Positions 45,363-56,400 of a DNA stretch of 64,000 nt are shown here, one piece after another (within the stretch, counting starts at the first letter, position 1; every line of letters starts with the position of its first letter). Source of the DNA: a virus; IMG/VR virus record IMGVR_UViG_3300045988_118801, positions 17,384-81,383 of that record. The stretch is one strand, 5' to 3'. The notes under the pieces are model-generated. The model made no database searches, was not told the DNA's origin, and saw only the letters and a program-made list of their open reading frames with translations. The translations under genes and the position numbers were made by a program.

Positions 45363-45902
45363 ATGCAGTTAAATATTGAAAAAGAATCGCTGGTTAAGGT
45401 TTTGAATGAATGTTACCAGCATGAATTACCTGAACCTTTGAAAGAGGGTGACAACAGAATTTGGGTAAAGGCAGTCGCTAAGGTTTGGAAATGTGACGGA
45501 AGTACAAACTATTGCGTGGTTGCAAATGACGGAAGCAACAACCCAGTAGTTATGAAAGACTTCGGCAATCCTGCTACTATTATGAAGTATGAGGAAATTT
45601 ATCCCACTTTGTTTTTAAAAGACGGATATATGCCTGATTTGCGCAAGCAGTCTGACTGTATCGAATACCTTGCAAAACATGAATACAAGGCTGATGAAGT
45701 TTCCGCTTATCTTTCTTCTAAGGATGAAAACGGAGAAGCAAAGACTGATGAACGGAAAAAATCAGACCGTGACAAGGTTAAGAAATGTATTATCAAGTGT
45801 GCGATAAAAGACTACCTTAATTATTTGGAAGAAAGAAAATACGAAAGAAACTTTACTAAAGATTTTGAATATGGAAAAGAAGGAACTGAAAGCGAAAATT
45901 GA
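45363..45902 (+). CDS. Hypothetical protein
   Basis: ORF track. Confidence 0.5.
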   Translation: MQLNIEKESLVKVLNECYQHELPEPLKEGDNRIWVKAVAKVWKCDGSTNYCVVANDGSNNPVVMKDFGNPATIMKYEEIYPTLFLKDGYMPDLRKQSDCIEYLAKHEYKADEVSAYLSSKDENGEAKTDERKKSDRDKVKKCIIKCAIKDYLNYLEERKYERNFTKDFEYGKEGTESEN

Positions 45903-46461
45903 TGAAGTAGTAAATCAGATTAAGACAAACAGTAAAGACGCTAAGTTTGCGGCTTCTCTTATTGACAAATTACTGTCTTTGAAAGGTCAGTTGGATGTAG
46001 AGCCTATGCGCTTTGGTATTCCTGAAAAGGAAGTAATTAAGGAATACGACAATGATTCTATCCGCTTTGTAAGATGCAAGGGCTATATTGCTTTTCAGGT
46101 AAAGGGCGGTTTCTCTGTATTTGTCAGTCCTAGAATGTCGGGACTTTATCAGCATTTGGAAGTCATTCTTGACATGAAAGATAAATATGACGAGCTTACC
46201 GAAGAACAAAAGAAAATATACGACTTCCTGTATTTGGCTACTACACAGATTTTGCAGTTGGGTATCTTTGCTACTTGTGACGATGAGTTTTTCTTCGGCA
46301 TTGCAGAGGATATTGTGAAACGATTCCAAACAATGACTGAAAAGTCCTTGAGCGCAGATTTGCAGGACGAAACGCATAAAGAGAACGCAGAATTTGAGAA
46401 CAACATGGATTTGGCAAATCAAGTTTTGCTCGGAGATAAGAATGAAAGAACAGTTGGATAA
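45871..46461 (+). CDS. Hypothetical protein
   Basis: ORF track; first ATG at 45871. Confidence 0.5.
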   Translation: MEKKELKAKIDEVVNQIKTNSKDAKFAASLIDKLLSLKGQLDVEPMRFGIPEKEVIKEYDNDSIRFVRCKGYIAFQVKGGFSVFVSPRMSGLYQHLEVILDMKDKYDELTEEQKKIYDFLYLATTQILQLGIFATCDDEFFFGIAEDIVKRFQTMTEKSLSADLQDETHKENAEFENNMDLANQVLLGDKNERTVG

Positions 46462-46477
46462 TTAAATATGGGAACAG

Positions 46478-47014
46478 ATGCTTGAAATATCTAAAGAAAT
46501 TTGGAAGGAATCAATATATCCTCAGTATTTAGTCTCAAATTTAGGGAGAGTAAAAAATAAAAATGGTAAAATATTATCTAAAAGGGTTTGCACTTCTAAT
46601 GGTTACAGTTATGTATCTTTGTGGATAAATGGAGTAAATAAATGTCAAAAGGTTTCTCGTTTAGTTGCATTCTCTTTTTTAGAAAAGGATGAAGGTAAAG
46701 AATTTGTAGACCATATAAACACAATAAGGACAGACGATAGAGCTTGTAATTTAAGATGGTGTACAAGAAGTGAAAATATGAACAATGAAATCACTAAAAA
46801 TAGAATGCAAAATAAACCATTTAGAAGAAATTTTAAAAGAATGAAACCTATAGTGCAATTATCTGAAAATGGTGAATTTATTAAAGAGTGGGAATCTGCA
46901 ACTTTGTTTGGGGAGAGTATAAATAAAGATGTATGTGGTAATATAAACGCTTGCATTAATGGAAAACAAAAAACAGCTTATGGATTTAAATGGAAATACA
47001 AAGATGAAAATTGA
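46478..47014 (+). CDS. HNH homing endonuclease (NUMOD4 plus HNH_3-like)
   Basis: YLVSNLGRVKNKNGKIL ... VDHINTIRTDDRACNLRWCTRSENM. Confidence 0.8.
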   Translation: MLEISKEIWKESIYPQYLVSNLGRVKNKNGKILSKRVCTSNGYSYVSLWINGVNKCQKVSRLVAFSFLEKDEGKEFVDHINTIRTDDRACNLRWCTRSENMNNEITKNRMQNKPFRRNFKRMKPIVQLSENGEFIKEWESATLFGESINKDVCGNINACINGKQKTAYGFKWKYKDEN

Positions 47015-47546
47015 AACTTTAGAGATTGCCGGAATTGCGAGTGTGTTGCGTGCGTTGAGATTACCTTTTGGTAAGGATTGTAGAAGTGATGCAACAAGTA
47101 CCTTTGAAGAAATAAGAGAAACCTTACTAAGTTCTTCTTGTGCGAGAATACACGAAAAAGACATGAAACTAATGTCTACACTTGTAAAACGTGGAGATGA
47201 GCACGCAAAAGCATTGAGAGGAATTGTAGTATATGCTGAAATATCAGCACCAATTTGGTTTTACAGAGAATTGGAAACATACAGAATAGGTCGTGAAAGA
47301 CTTTCTTCCGAATCTACTATGCACATTGAATGTAAAGGCTTGTCGGGTGAAGAGTTGGAGAAAGCCAAAGACGCAATTCCTATGGGACATATTCAAAAGA
47401 CGGTAGATATGTTTTCTTATCAGTGCCTTAGACGAATTTACTTCCAAAGAAGAAATCACCGCTTACCTATGTGGCACGACTTCTGTAAATGGATTGAATC
47501 ATTACCATATGCTCACGAACTGATTATATGTGATAAGGAGGTCTAA
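47004..47546 (+). CDS. ThyX-like (flavin-dependent thymidylate synthase fold) protein with degenerate RHR signature
   Basis: MKIETLE...GDEHAKALRGIVVYAEISAPIWFYRELETYRIGRERLSSES...YFQRRNHRLPMWHDF parallels ThyX. The canonical RHRxxSxxxxSxR reads TYRIGRERLSSES here. Confidence 0.55.
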   Translation: MKIETLEIAGIASVLRALRLPFGKDCRSDATSTFEEIRETLLSSSCARIHEKDMKLMSTLVKRGDEHAKALRGIVVYAEISAPIWFYRELETYRIGRERLSSESTMHIECKGLSGEELEKAKDAIPMGHIQKTVDMFSYQCLRRIYFQRRNHRLPMWHDFCKWIESLPYAHELIICDKEV

Positions 47547-47548
47547 AT

Positions 47549-47812
47549 ATGACAAAAGAAGAAAAATTCTCACAGATAACAAGCGAATTGCTTGAAACGT
47601 ACAAGGCAAAAAACAAGGACTACGGAGATAGTTTTGCCAAGTTGTTTGAAGAATACGGAATGACCTATTCTATCATTCATTTGCAGGAAAAAATTAACCG
47701 AATCAAGTCCTTGCAGAAGAAAAATAACGAGGTAAAAGGTGAAACATACGTTGATTCTTTAAAAGATTTAGCTAATTATGCAATTTTAACACTTATAGAG
47801 TTGGAATCTTAA
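47549..47812 (+). CDS. DUF1599-like protein (nucleotide-modification-associated domain 1, from memory)
   Basis: YKAKNKDYGDSFAKLFEEYGMTYSIIHLQEKINRIKSLQ resembles the K..DYG....l....s...i.K..RI.sl pattern. AGGAGG lies upstream of the ATG. Confidence 0.5.
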   Translation: MTKEEKFSQITSELLETYKAKNKDYGDSFAKLFEEYGMTYSIIHLQEKINRIKSLQKKNNEVKGETYVDSLKDLANYAILTLIELES

Positions 47813-47873
47813 AAAGAATTATTACATTCGCAATGTACTTCATAGAATTAAAGAGTTGATAATTGTTAGTATT

Positions 47874-47911
47874 AGCCTAGATGGTCTGCGAAGATAGTCT
47901 AGGTTTTCTTT
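47874..47911 (+). terminator. Intrinsic terminator
   Basis: AGCCTAGA (47874-47881) pairs with TCTAGGTT (47898-47905), running into TTTTCTT. Confidence 0.6.
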
Positions 47912-47918
47912 GAAATTC

Positions 47919-47993
47919 GGGCAAATGGGTGAGTGATTTAACCAACACTCTGCAAAGGGTGTTTTTACAGCGGTTTGAATCCGCTTTTGCCCT
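47919..47993 (+). tRNA. tRNA-Cys(GCA)-like gene with non-canonical 8-nt anticodon loop
   Basis: Acceptor stem GGGCAAA/TTTGCCC is a perfect 7 bp. U8 and A14 are present. The T-arm is AGCGG-TTTGAAT-CCGCT and the discriminator is T. The anticodon arm is ACACT-CTGCAAAG-GGTGT, and no CCA is encoded. Confidence 0.55.
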
Positions 47994-48139
47994 CTATGTT
48001 TTCATAGATATTTGTTTTTCACCATGAGCAAGAGTTGTGTTCTCATATTATTACAGTTTAAATTTTTTACGTAAAAGGGTTAGCGATAGGTTTTTCATGG
48101 TGGCTTATCGCTGGCTCTTTTTTTATAGGAGGTTAATTT

Positions 48140-48271
48140 ATGGCGAATAGCAAAGGGAAAGTAAAGGTTAAGGTGGAAGCGAAGAAGGCGGTTAAGCCTA
48201 AGATGGGTAAAGGTACTGGAGGTATTATAATAGCATCAATTAAAGCTAAAGTAGAAAAAGGAAATGGATAA
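48140..48271 (+). CDS. Small basic protein (43 aa)
   Basis: AGGAGG lies 8 nt upstream of the ATG. The stop overlaps the start of the next gene. Confidence 0.4.
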   Translation: MANSKGKVKVKVEAKKAVKPKMGKGTGGIIIASIKAKVEKGNG

Positions 48272-48662
48272 ATTTATAGTTAGATTTGCAGCCATAGCAC
48301 TGACTGTATATATGATATTGGTAACAGTGTTTGCTTTTGATGGAGTAGATATATCGGAATACGATTACATATTTACTGATTCGTTTATAATAGGATTGGT
48401 ATTAACTACTTTATGTCATTCGCAAGGTAAATATCATTGCGTATGGATGAGAGCGATGTGTTACAATTTAACCTTTGTGCCTATCATAAATTTCTTGGAT
48501 TGTAAATATCCTTTGTTTGAAACGGCAGAAGATTATGTGTATTTTATTGCTTCTTGTCTGACATTAACGGTATTTTCTACACTTTTATTAGCAATAAACC
48601 ATTTCAGAAGAGCAAAAAAAGTTAAGAAATCAAGATATAGAGAATATGGAATTAAGCGATAA
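48264..48662 (+). CDS. Multi-pass membrane protein
   Basis: Four hydrophobic helices and a basic tail. Confidence 0.5.
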   Translation: MDKFIVRFAAIALTVYMILVTVFAFDGVDISEYDYIFTDSFIIGLVLTTLCHSQGKYHCVWMRAMCYNLTFVPIINFLDCKYPLFETAEDYVYFIASCLTLTVFSTLLLAINHFRRAKKVKKSRYREYGIKR

Positions 48663-49098
48663 AACTAAAGAAAAGATAGACAAATTGCCTATCGTATTGA
48701 GAATGGCAGTCAACTACTTACTTGACATGGTTGACAAGATTATAAACGGTGAATGTAACGAATATACTGTGGTTTCTACTATTGCTACACTGAACAACAA
48801 TGTAAGCGGAAGAGTATGCAAGGACGATGTACTTAACTACGACAAGGCAGGTGAAATACTAGGATTCGGTGCTACAAACAGAAGCGGGCTTAAAGCCGTA
48901 CTTGACAAATATGGAATAAAGCAAGTGGTAATAAATAATCAACGTTGCGGCTTCTTACGTTCCGATATTATGGCTCTTCGTGATAAACTGAATGAGGACA
49001 TACGTAAACGTGAAGCTAAGAGAAATCGTAAGGAAGAAAAGGAATTACAAAAGTCTAGGGCTAAGGAAGATAGGTTCAGAAAACTATTTAAAAGATAA
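48646..49098 (+). CDS. Hypothetical HTH-like protein with basic coiled-coil tail
   Basis: ORF track; DKAGEILGFGATNRSGLKAVLDKYGI. Confidence 0.45.
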   Translation: MELSDKTKEKIDKLPIVLRMAVNYLLDMVDKIINGECNEYTVVSTIATLNNNVSGRVCKDDVLNYDKAGEILGFGATNRSGLKAVLDKYGIKQVVINNQRCGFLRSDIMALRDKLNEDIRKREAKRNRKEEKELQKSRAKEDRFRKLFKR

Positions 49099-49130
49099 AG
49101 GGGAGCGATTAAAACTCCCCTTATTTTATT
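49099..49130. terminator. Bidirectional intrinsic terminator at a convergent junction
   Basis: AGGGGAG (49099-49105) pairs with CTCCCCT (49115-49121), followed by a T-rich run. Confidence 0.7.
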
Positions 49131-49445
49131 TCAAATGTATTTCAACCAAGAATATTTCTTTCTATTGATTAAATAAGAAGTATCGCTTTCGTTTGAGTAG
49201 GCTTCTTGTTCAAATGAAATGTTTCTATAAGCATTTCCCTTACAGAATAATCTTATTATCCATTCAATAAAATACCATATATAGAAGAATATATAAAGCA
49301 TTTCTTTTATCTGTGCCGTATGTATTTCTTCGTGATTGATTGTTTTAGCGTCTATATTTGCATTACATCTAACAAACAATACACCAAATAGGTTTATTGC
49401 TGTAAATCCCTTAAATGGGATGATATTGTTTCTTATTATCTTCAT
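49131..49445 (-). CDS. Membrane-associated HExxH protein
   Basis: INHEEIHTAQ motif with hydrophobic helices. Confidence 0.4.
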   Translation of the reverse strand: MKIIRNNIIPFKGFTAINLFGVLFVRCNANIDAKTINHEEIHTAQIKEMLYIFFYIWYFIEWIIRLFCKGNAYRNISFEQEAYSNESDTSYLINRKKYSWLKYI

Positions 49446-49447
49446 AC

Positions 49448-50101
49448 CTATACTTGCTCAACATAAATACCTACAAGTGCTGATAAATCCTGATAGACTG
49501 CCTGCTCTGTGTTTCGTGTACATTTGTAAGTCACACCGTTCTGAGAGTAGTATTTCCCTTCAAACAACTCCATATTGTTGTTGTAAGGGATCGGAACTTC
49601 TAGTGTGCCTGCATGACCTCCTTCCTCAACTGTAGGATTGATTTCCTCATACAAAGCTGCTGTATCTATTGAAGGTGGCTGATTATCAAGTACGGTAGAT
49701 ATTGTCTGTTTAACCTTGTATAGTTTATCCTGATACAATACCTTGTAACCTTGCTCAAGCTGTTTGTTGATAAATGTTTCCCATTTAGGATAAATATTCT
49801 TGAACTGCAATGCTTGTTCGTCTGCCAGGCTCATAGTATTGATAAAAGTTGCGAACAATCCAATCATTTGATTTACCTGCTCTTCGGGATATTCTACATT
49901 CCCTTTGGCAGCGTTCTTGACCGCACGTATTCTTTCCGCTTCCGCTTCGTCTATCTCAGCAAATTGGTCTAGCCCTTCCCATGACGGTACTGTGATAGTC
50001 GTGAAGATAGGCTTGTACTTATCTTCTACTTCTGTTAATGTAATGTAGTGCTGGTATGCAGCACTAATAACCTTGCCATAAGATTGATTTTTAATATCCA
50101 T
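49448..50101 (-). CDS. Fibre-associated protein; C-terminus paralogous to 61980..62576
   Basis: The two share YYSQNGVTYKCTRNTEQAVYQDLSALVGIYVEQV and YYTQNGVLYRCTRDSGIPLSHDLSALVGLYVELV. Confidence 0.5.
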   Translation of the reverse strand: MDIKNQSYGKVISAAYQHYITLTEVEDKYKPIFTTITVPSWEGLDQFAEIDEAEAERIRAVKNAAKGNVEYPEEQVNQMIGLFATFINTMSLADEQALQFKNIYPKWETFINKQLEQGYKVLYQDKLYKVKQTISTVLDNQPPSIDTAALYEEINPTVEEGGHAGTLEVPIPYNNNMELFEGKYYSQNGVTYKCTRNTEQAVYQDLSALVGIYVEQV

Positions 50102-50112
50102 AATTATTTTTT

Positions 50113-50391
50113 TTATAAAGGTTGAACTTCTTGAACATCCGAAACTATTTCCTCGAAGGCTTTCTTTACAAATGCCTTATATCCGCTGTCGATGTACTTT
50201 CGGATGATTTCTATTTCACTCTCATTTGCTTCTACTTCTCCGTCTTTGTAGATTCTCTGGGCGAGGTCTAATTCTCCCAAGTCAGAAGTTTCACGATAGA
50301 TATAATTCCCCAGTTCTTTCGAAATGTCACGAGGTTCCAGGTTTCCTTCAATGTCCCTTGTCGGGACAGCTTTAAAATTAAGTTTTTTCAT
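50113..50391 (-). CDS. Small acidic protein downstream of the giant fibre gene
   Basis: ORF track; ATG at 50391. Confidence 0.45.
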   Translation of the reverse strand: MKKLNFKAVPTRDIEGNLEPRDISKELGNYIYRETSDLGELDLAQRIYKDGEVEANESEIEIIRKYIDSGYKAFVKKAFEEIVSDVQEVQPL

Positions 50392-50430
50392 AATTAAATG
50401 GTTTTTATAAATATACAAAAATTATTTATT

Positions 50431-53400
50431 TCAGGCATCTTTTATAACAGAAGGGCTATGTATTATTGCTATAAATGCAGGACTATCACCGTCTGTTAAC
50501 ACATGTGTTCCACCTAATGGTGCGTTATATGCCGTGGAGTATATAAAATATGTACTTGTTTGTTCTTTTACGCAAGCAATAGGAAAATACGAATCTCTTT
50601 TAGGCGTTATTAACACATAATAAGCACTTATATTTAAATTATGTGTAACAGTATAAGTCCCTGTACCAGTTCTTCTCACGCTAACATTTGTATAATTACC
50701 ATACCCTCTCGATATTATTCCCGAAGATGAAATATATCCGCACCAAAGTATTCTAGGTCTTGAAAGTCCCTTACTGTTGGTAAATACTTGTAAACCATAT
50801 TGGGATAAATTAATACTATACTTGTTGGATGTTCCACCACCATCACTGCTCATAGTAAGGCTAAAAGCACTAAGATTAGCTTCTTGGAAACTTCCGGAAC
50901 TAAATCCTCCTTTAAGAACTAACGAACCTGCATAGCTCGCTGCACTTGTCCCTATAATTTCTGTTTTCAATAAAACATTCTTTGTAGAAGAATCCGTTAA
51001 TGTTATACCTTCTTTATCTACTAAAGTATTTATACCTTTAACATTTACGGCATTAAGTGTTTTTACTACAAGAGCATCCGCTTCAATCAGACTTGTACGA
51101 ATATGTCCTCCCTCAATGATTGTATTTCCGGCTGTTGCTGCGGAAACCATATCAGAATAATTTGCATAACCAAGCTTTTTAGCTAAATCCTCTTTGGAGG
51201 AATTTATACTAGAAGTAACATCTCCTGAGTCAGCTTTATTATTGATTGTGCTCTGCAAACTACTATTAAGAGAACTGAATGTAATCTTTCCTTGTAAAGA
51301 TACATCTTTTCCGAAAATACTTATGGCGTTCTCTTTAACGGTAATTCCTGTCGTAATTTGTTCTGTTGTGGAATAATCGCTAGGTGCAGCACTCCACGGT
51401 GTTGACCTTTCTCCTTTTTCGACTTTGAGATTCCAAACACGGAAGTAACCTATCGGGCTGTCGTTTTGCAGCACGGATGAGATGTAATCTAAGCGAAATC
51501 TAAATACAACTACACTATTTTCTGTTGCTGAGCCTCCAATAGTAAAAGGGGTAGATATAAATTTACCCGAGCCATTAGTTCTTAAATCAAAATTACTTTC
51601 TACCCAGCCATATGGTTCTGTGAATTGAGTTATAATTCTCGCTGTACGTTCGGATGTTGTATTAAAGTTAAGATTGCTCGCTTGGTATTCAAATGAAACA
51701 GTAACTATATCACCTGTTTTTAAGCCTTTAACGGTATATACACCCCACGCCTGATTGACTACATTATCAAAAGTAGTCAACCCTTTTTCATTACTTGTCA
51801 ATAAAGCGTAATTTTGATTGACAGATTCATCAACTTTATAAGCATAAACCTTTGTAAAGTAAGCCGAACCAAAGTTTGAATCTCCATCAATTTGAAAACA
51901 AATACCAGCTTTTGTATATCCAGCGGGAATTGTAATATAACCTGATAGCTTTTGCCATCCGCTAGTTTTAGCTGCAACAGAAGAACCATTATTACGCCAG
52001 CTTGTAGTACCGTCGGATTTTTTTAGTACAAGACCAACTCTTACAGTATAATTAGCTAATTGAGCATTTACATACGCTGAAACGTAATATTTTTCGCCTT
52101 CTGCAACAGCTACATATTTTTTAGCTTGCACATCACGTTGAGTAGACTTCATACAATAACTTGTAGGACAACTATTGTTAGCAGTTGATGCACTAACTCT
52201 TGAACCTCCGGTATAAAGCAAGCTATAATTAGCATCATCGAAGCAACTATCAGGAACAATATTGTTTACCTTTGATGTTGTTGTGACCTTAGATGAAATC
52301 CCAATCCAAATATTATCAGGTTGCAATTTAACCTCAGCTTCGCTAACTCTTGTTGTCAACGAAGAAAGATTGTTGTTTGTCTGATTTAAACTGCTCTGAA
52401 CAGCAGTAACTTCTGACTTTTCGGCTTTCAAAGACAAACTACTGCTTAATTGAGTAATTGAAGTTTGCATAGATGATACGGTAGTAATCGTTGCGTACTT
52501 CTTGTCTGCATTTTGTCCGGATGTTGTTATAGCATCATTCTTTGCATCATTCGCCTTGTTGGTTGCATCTGTAGCAGCAGTAGATATAGCGTCCTGCTTT
52601 GCCTTATTTGCTTTGGAAGTTGCGTCAGCAGAGGCAGTACTTATTGCTGAAGTCTTTGCATCATTCGCCTTGTTGGTTGCATCGCTCGCTGCCGTATTAA
52701 TTATTTCCTGCTTAATAGTAGTAATTTCAGTAGAAGAAACCTTGCTGCTAATTTCTCCTTCTAGTACACTGAATTGTGCCGTAACTTCTTTTTTATATTC
52801 AGTCAAAGCGTTTTCTGCATCTTCAGGAGCGGGTGACCAGTCTGTTTCTTTTGTGCTAAATTCAGCTTTAGGTAAAGCTATCCATACAGTACCTGCCTCA
52901 TTTAGCCAAAAAACAATATCATTCCAAGTAGTTTGTGGATTTAATTTCACTACATATCTTTTCCAAGATGTTGTTAATGTTACTGTGAGAATAGATACTG
53001 AACCATTACCATTTCTCAACGATAATACTATGCCGTTGGAACTAGCCTTGCCGTAGAATGAGAATATAAATTCTTTTTTCTCTAAATTTTTTGCCCATGT
53101 ATGCCAATAAGCATCATTTGTGCCGCCTGTTCCAGCTCCCGATGATACTATTTTTAGACTATTATATTTATCTTGATACTTATTTGTCGTATCTATAGAA
53201 ACTTTATGATTCCCTCTTCCAACTGATATATTCTCAAGACTAGAAACATCTACTAGACCTGATAATTTTATCAGGTTTCTTCCCCCAATCTGAATACCAC
53301 TAACAGCACTATCTGTATATTTTTTAGAAGAAGTTACAGCAGCAGTAATACTGTTGTTTGTCTGTTCAAATTGAGAACTTACCGTTTTCTTATAAGAACT

Positions 53401-56400
53401 TAAATCGTTGGCTATACCTTGCGCATAGTCACGTGCCGCATTCGATATTGCCGTTAGAGCCGTCGTTCTCTGTGTATAATACGTTGTCTGCTTTGTAGCA
53501 AAATCAGAAGGAATAGCAATTGTTTCAGGAGATGAAGCCGTAAGAGTTACCAACACAGCACGATAAGTCGTGTGTGCATTGTTGTAATTTGTAGGAGTAC
53601 CTAGATTGTACTTACTATATCCGTTTGCAATCTGTGTCTTGTCTGCGTCAATTCTAGCTATTTCTTCTTTCAATGACTGCTTTTCTGTTGGAGAAATAGA
53701 ACCGTCAGAAGCCCAGCTATTCAATCGTTGTGTAGCCGCATCAGCATCACTTTGTGCATTGTCTGCTGCTGCCTTTGCGTTGGCTGCATCCTTTATTGCC
53801 TGATTAGCCTTTTCTTGTGCAGCATCTGCAGTTTGTTGTGCCGCATCTGCAAGGGATTTAGCCTTTGCTGATATAGCATTCAATAAATCGGTGCGAGCAT
53901 CGTAGTAATCCTTAAACTTGCTTCTGAATGTAGCTCCTGATATATTACTTGTTGTTGAAAGACTTGAAAGCAACGGTGTTATATAAGCACTTAGCGTATT
54001 ATAAGCCGTATCGTAAGCAGTCCTGCTTACTCCGTACTTGTCAGCACTTGCATCGTTTTTAGGCTTTTCAGAAACAATAATATCCCATTCTTTTTTTGTT
54101 TCCTGCTTTTCCTGAGCAGTCAGCTTGTTGTCATTTGCTATATCAGACAATAAGGCGTTTGCAGTTGCCGCGCTTTGAACGGCGTTATTGGCTGTCTGCT
54201 GTGCACTATCAGCTGCTTGTTTAGCTGCATCTGCCGCAGCCTGAGCCTGATTTGCCTTAGTATCATCCGTATACTTAGAAGCAAGTTCCCAGTGCTCAAT
54301 AGAAAACTGAGCATTTGCTTGTTTGGCAGTCTTGCATCGAAGCAAATCATTCTTGTAGCTTCCGTATGTTGCATTAACCCACAAATCTCCAATATCATAC
54401 ACTGAGGCATTAGACGGGGTAGTCACAAATACCCTTCTCTTTCCATCTGCTGTGTCTTGTGCTTTTTTAGCGTCAGCCAAAGCTTTTGTGATATCAGAAT
54501 CGGTTATTACCTGCCATACATAAGAAATATCTGACATTTGGAAACGGTAAGCCTTTCCGTTTCCATCATAATACAAGTCACCTAAATGTACATTCTTATC
54601 TTCGCTTGTAGTCCAATTTACAGCAGGTTCGTTACTTAATGTAGGAACTGGTTCATAAAACCATGTTTCAATAGCACCGTCTATTTGGTTTTTAACAGCT
54701 TCTAAATCCTTAGATAACTGATTTACAAATGAAATGTTTTCAGATAAATCAGATATAGCATCGTCTACTTTTGTATTAACTTCCCCTACCGCGTTGTCGA
54801 TATAGTCCTTTACGCTTTCTCCAGAACTGAATTTTATTGCATCGGCAATAATCATTACTTCCGAGCGTGAAAAAGAAACAAATTCTTTTCCGTCTAGTGA
54901 ATAAGAATTAATTCCTCTGTACAACTTGAAATAAGGTGCATCATTGCCGTATGCAGACAAGATAATAGCTGCCTGACGTGTAGCGTCAGACTTGTTACCT
55001 AACTGTACAATATCATCACCTGCTTTTGGCTCGGTAGAACCCGCATCGCAATCGGTTTTAGACAAGTCTATATAATTATCTCCTGTTCCAACAACAGCAC
55101 GCCAATAATAGGTGTTAGTTACATTCTGATTAACACCTTCTTTAACATTGAATGTCTGTGCTCTTGCTAAATCTCCGACAACAAATTCCTGTTCGATTGT
55201 CTTTTCTCCGTCTGTATTCTCAAAATAGCAGCGGTAGAAATCTCCTTTATCTTCTACTTTAATGCACGACATCGAAGCCAGAGTAAGAATTATCTGTCCT
55301 CCTACATGCTTAATTTGCTGGATAAGCAACAGAATGAAAGTCGCAACCTTTCTGACAAGCATACGGTCTACCTCCAGATAACTGTCGCCGTTTTCGTCTT
55401 TCTTCAGACAGAATCCAGCTCCCAAAGCACCGGTAGAGAAATTGGCTGATTCTATTCCGCTTCTTACAAGTATAGAAAGTAAGTCGGCAACACCCTGTTC
55501 GTCTATCTTAGCACCTTTCAGTCCTTTTTTATAGTCACCTATTGTCAACGCACCTCTAAGCAATAAATTAAGCAATTCTGCTGCTCCGTCTGCTGAAATC
55601 TTAGCACCTGACTTTTTGCTTAGATATGTACCTATTTCTAAACCGTCAATCAGCTTCACAAGGTCATTGAATGTCTTTTCTCCCTTTGCGCTGTCGGCTA
55701 CGTCCTTTCTAAGAAAGTATTTGTTCCCTTGACTTAGTATGTCACCTCTTCCTATATTGGAAAGTACGTCCTGCTTAACACCGTCAAGCATCGTCTGTAA
55801 TGAATTTTGACCGATAGAAAGCGTATCTACCAAGTTTACTTCTATTTCAGGCAATGGCGAATCGGCACTCATCGTATATGTAAAGTTGTCTACATAGAAA
55901 GTATACTGTACCTTGTTGTATTCTACTATAAGCCGTGAATTTTCGTTCAACTGTTCAAGAATATCAGGATGTTCTGCAAAGAATATACGGCTGAACTTTA
56001 TGGAGAAGTTAAACTTCTCGCTGTTGTTTTCTGCCATATACTGAATAAGGTATTCTTTCAGGTCGTTTTCGGCTTTGTATATGTACGAATCAGGCATGTT
56101 TATGTTCAGTATGACGAATGTATCACCTGCTTTCGGTTTGAGTTTTTTTGATACATTAGGCATGACGTTTGTATAGGTTGTATCGTCTTTCTTTAGTGCA
56201 ACCCATACTTCATAATTTACCGTATCGTTCTGTCTGTCCTGCGGTGTTTCTTTCTGCAATCCGTCACGACCGCACCTTACGTTTCCGTTCTCGTCACGCA
56301 ACAGATTTCCGCTATCGTCTACCTGAACCAAATTCTTTTGCGTTTCATCTCCTGCTCCTACCTCAAAGGTACAAGAGCCGCACATACCGCTTGTGAACGA

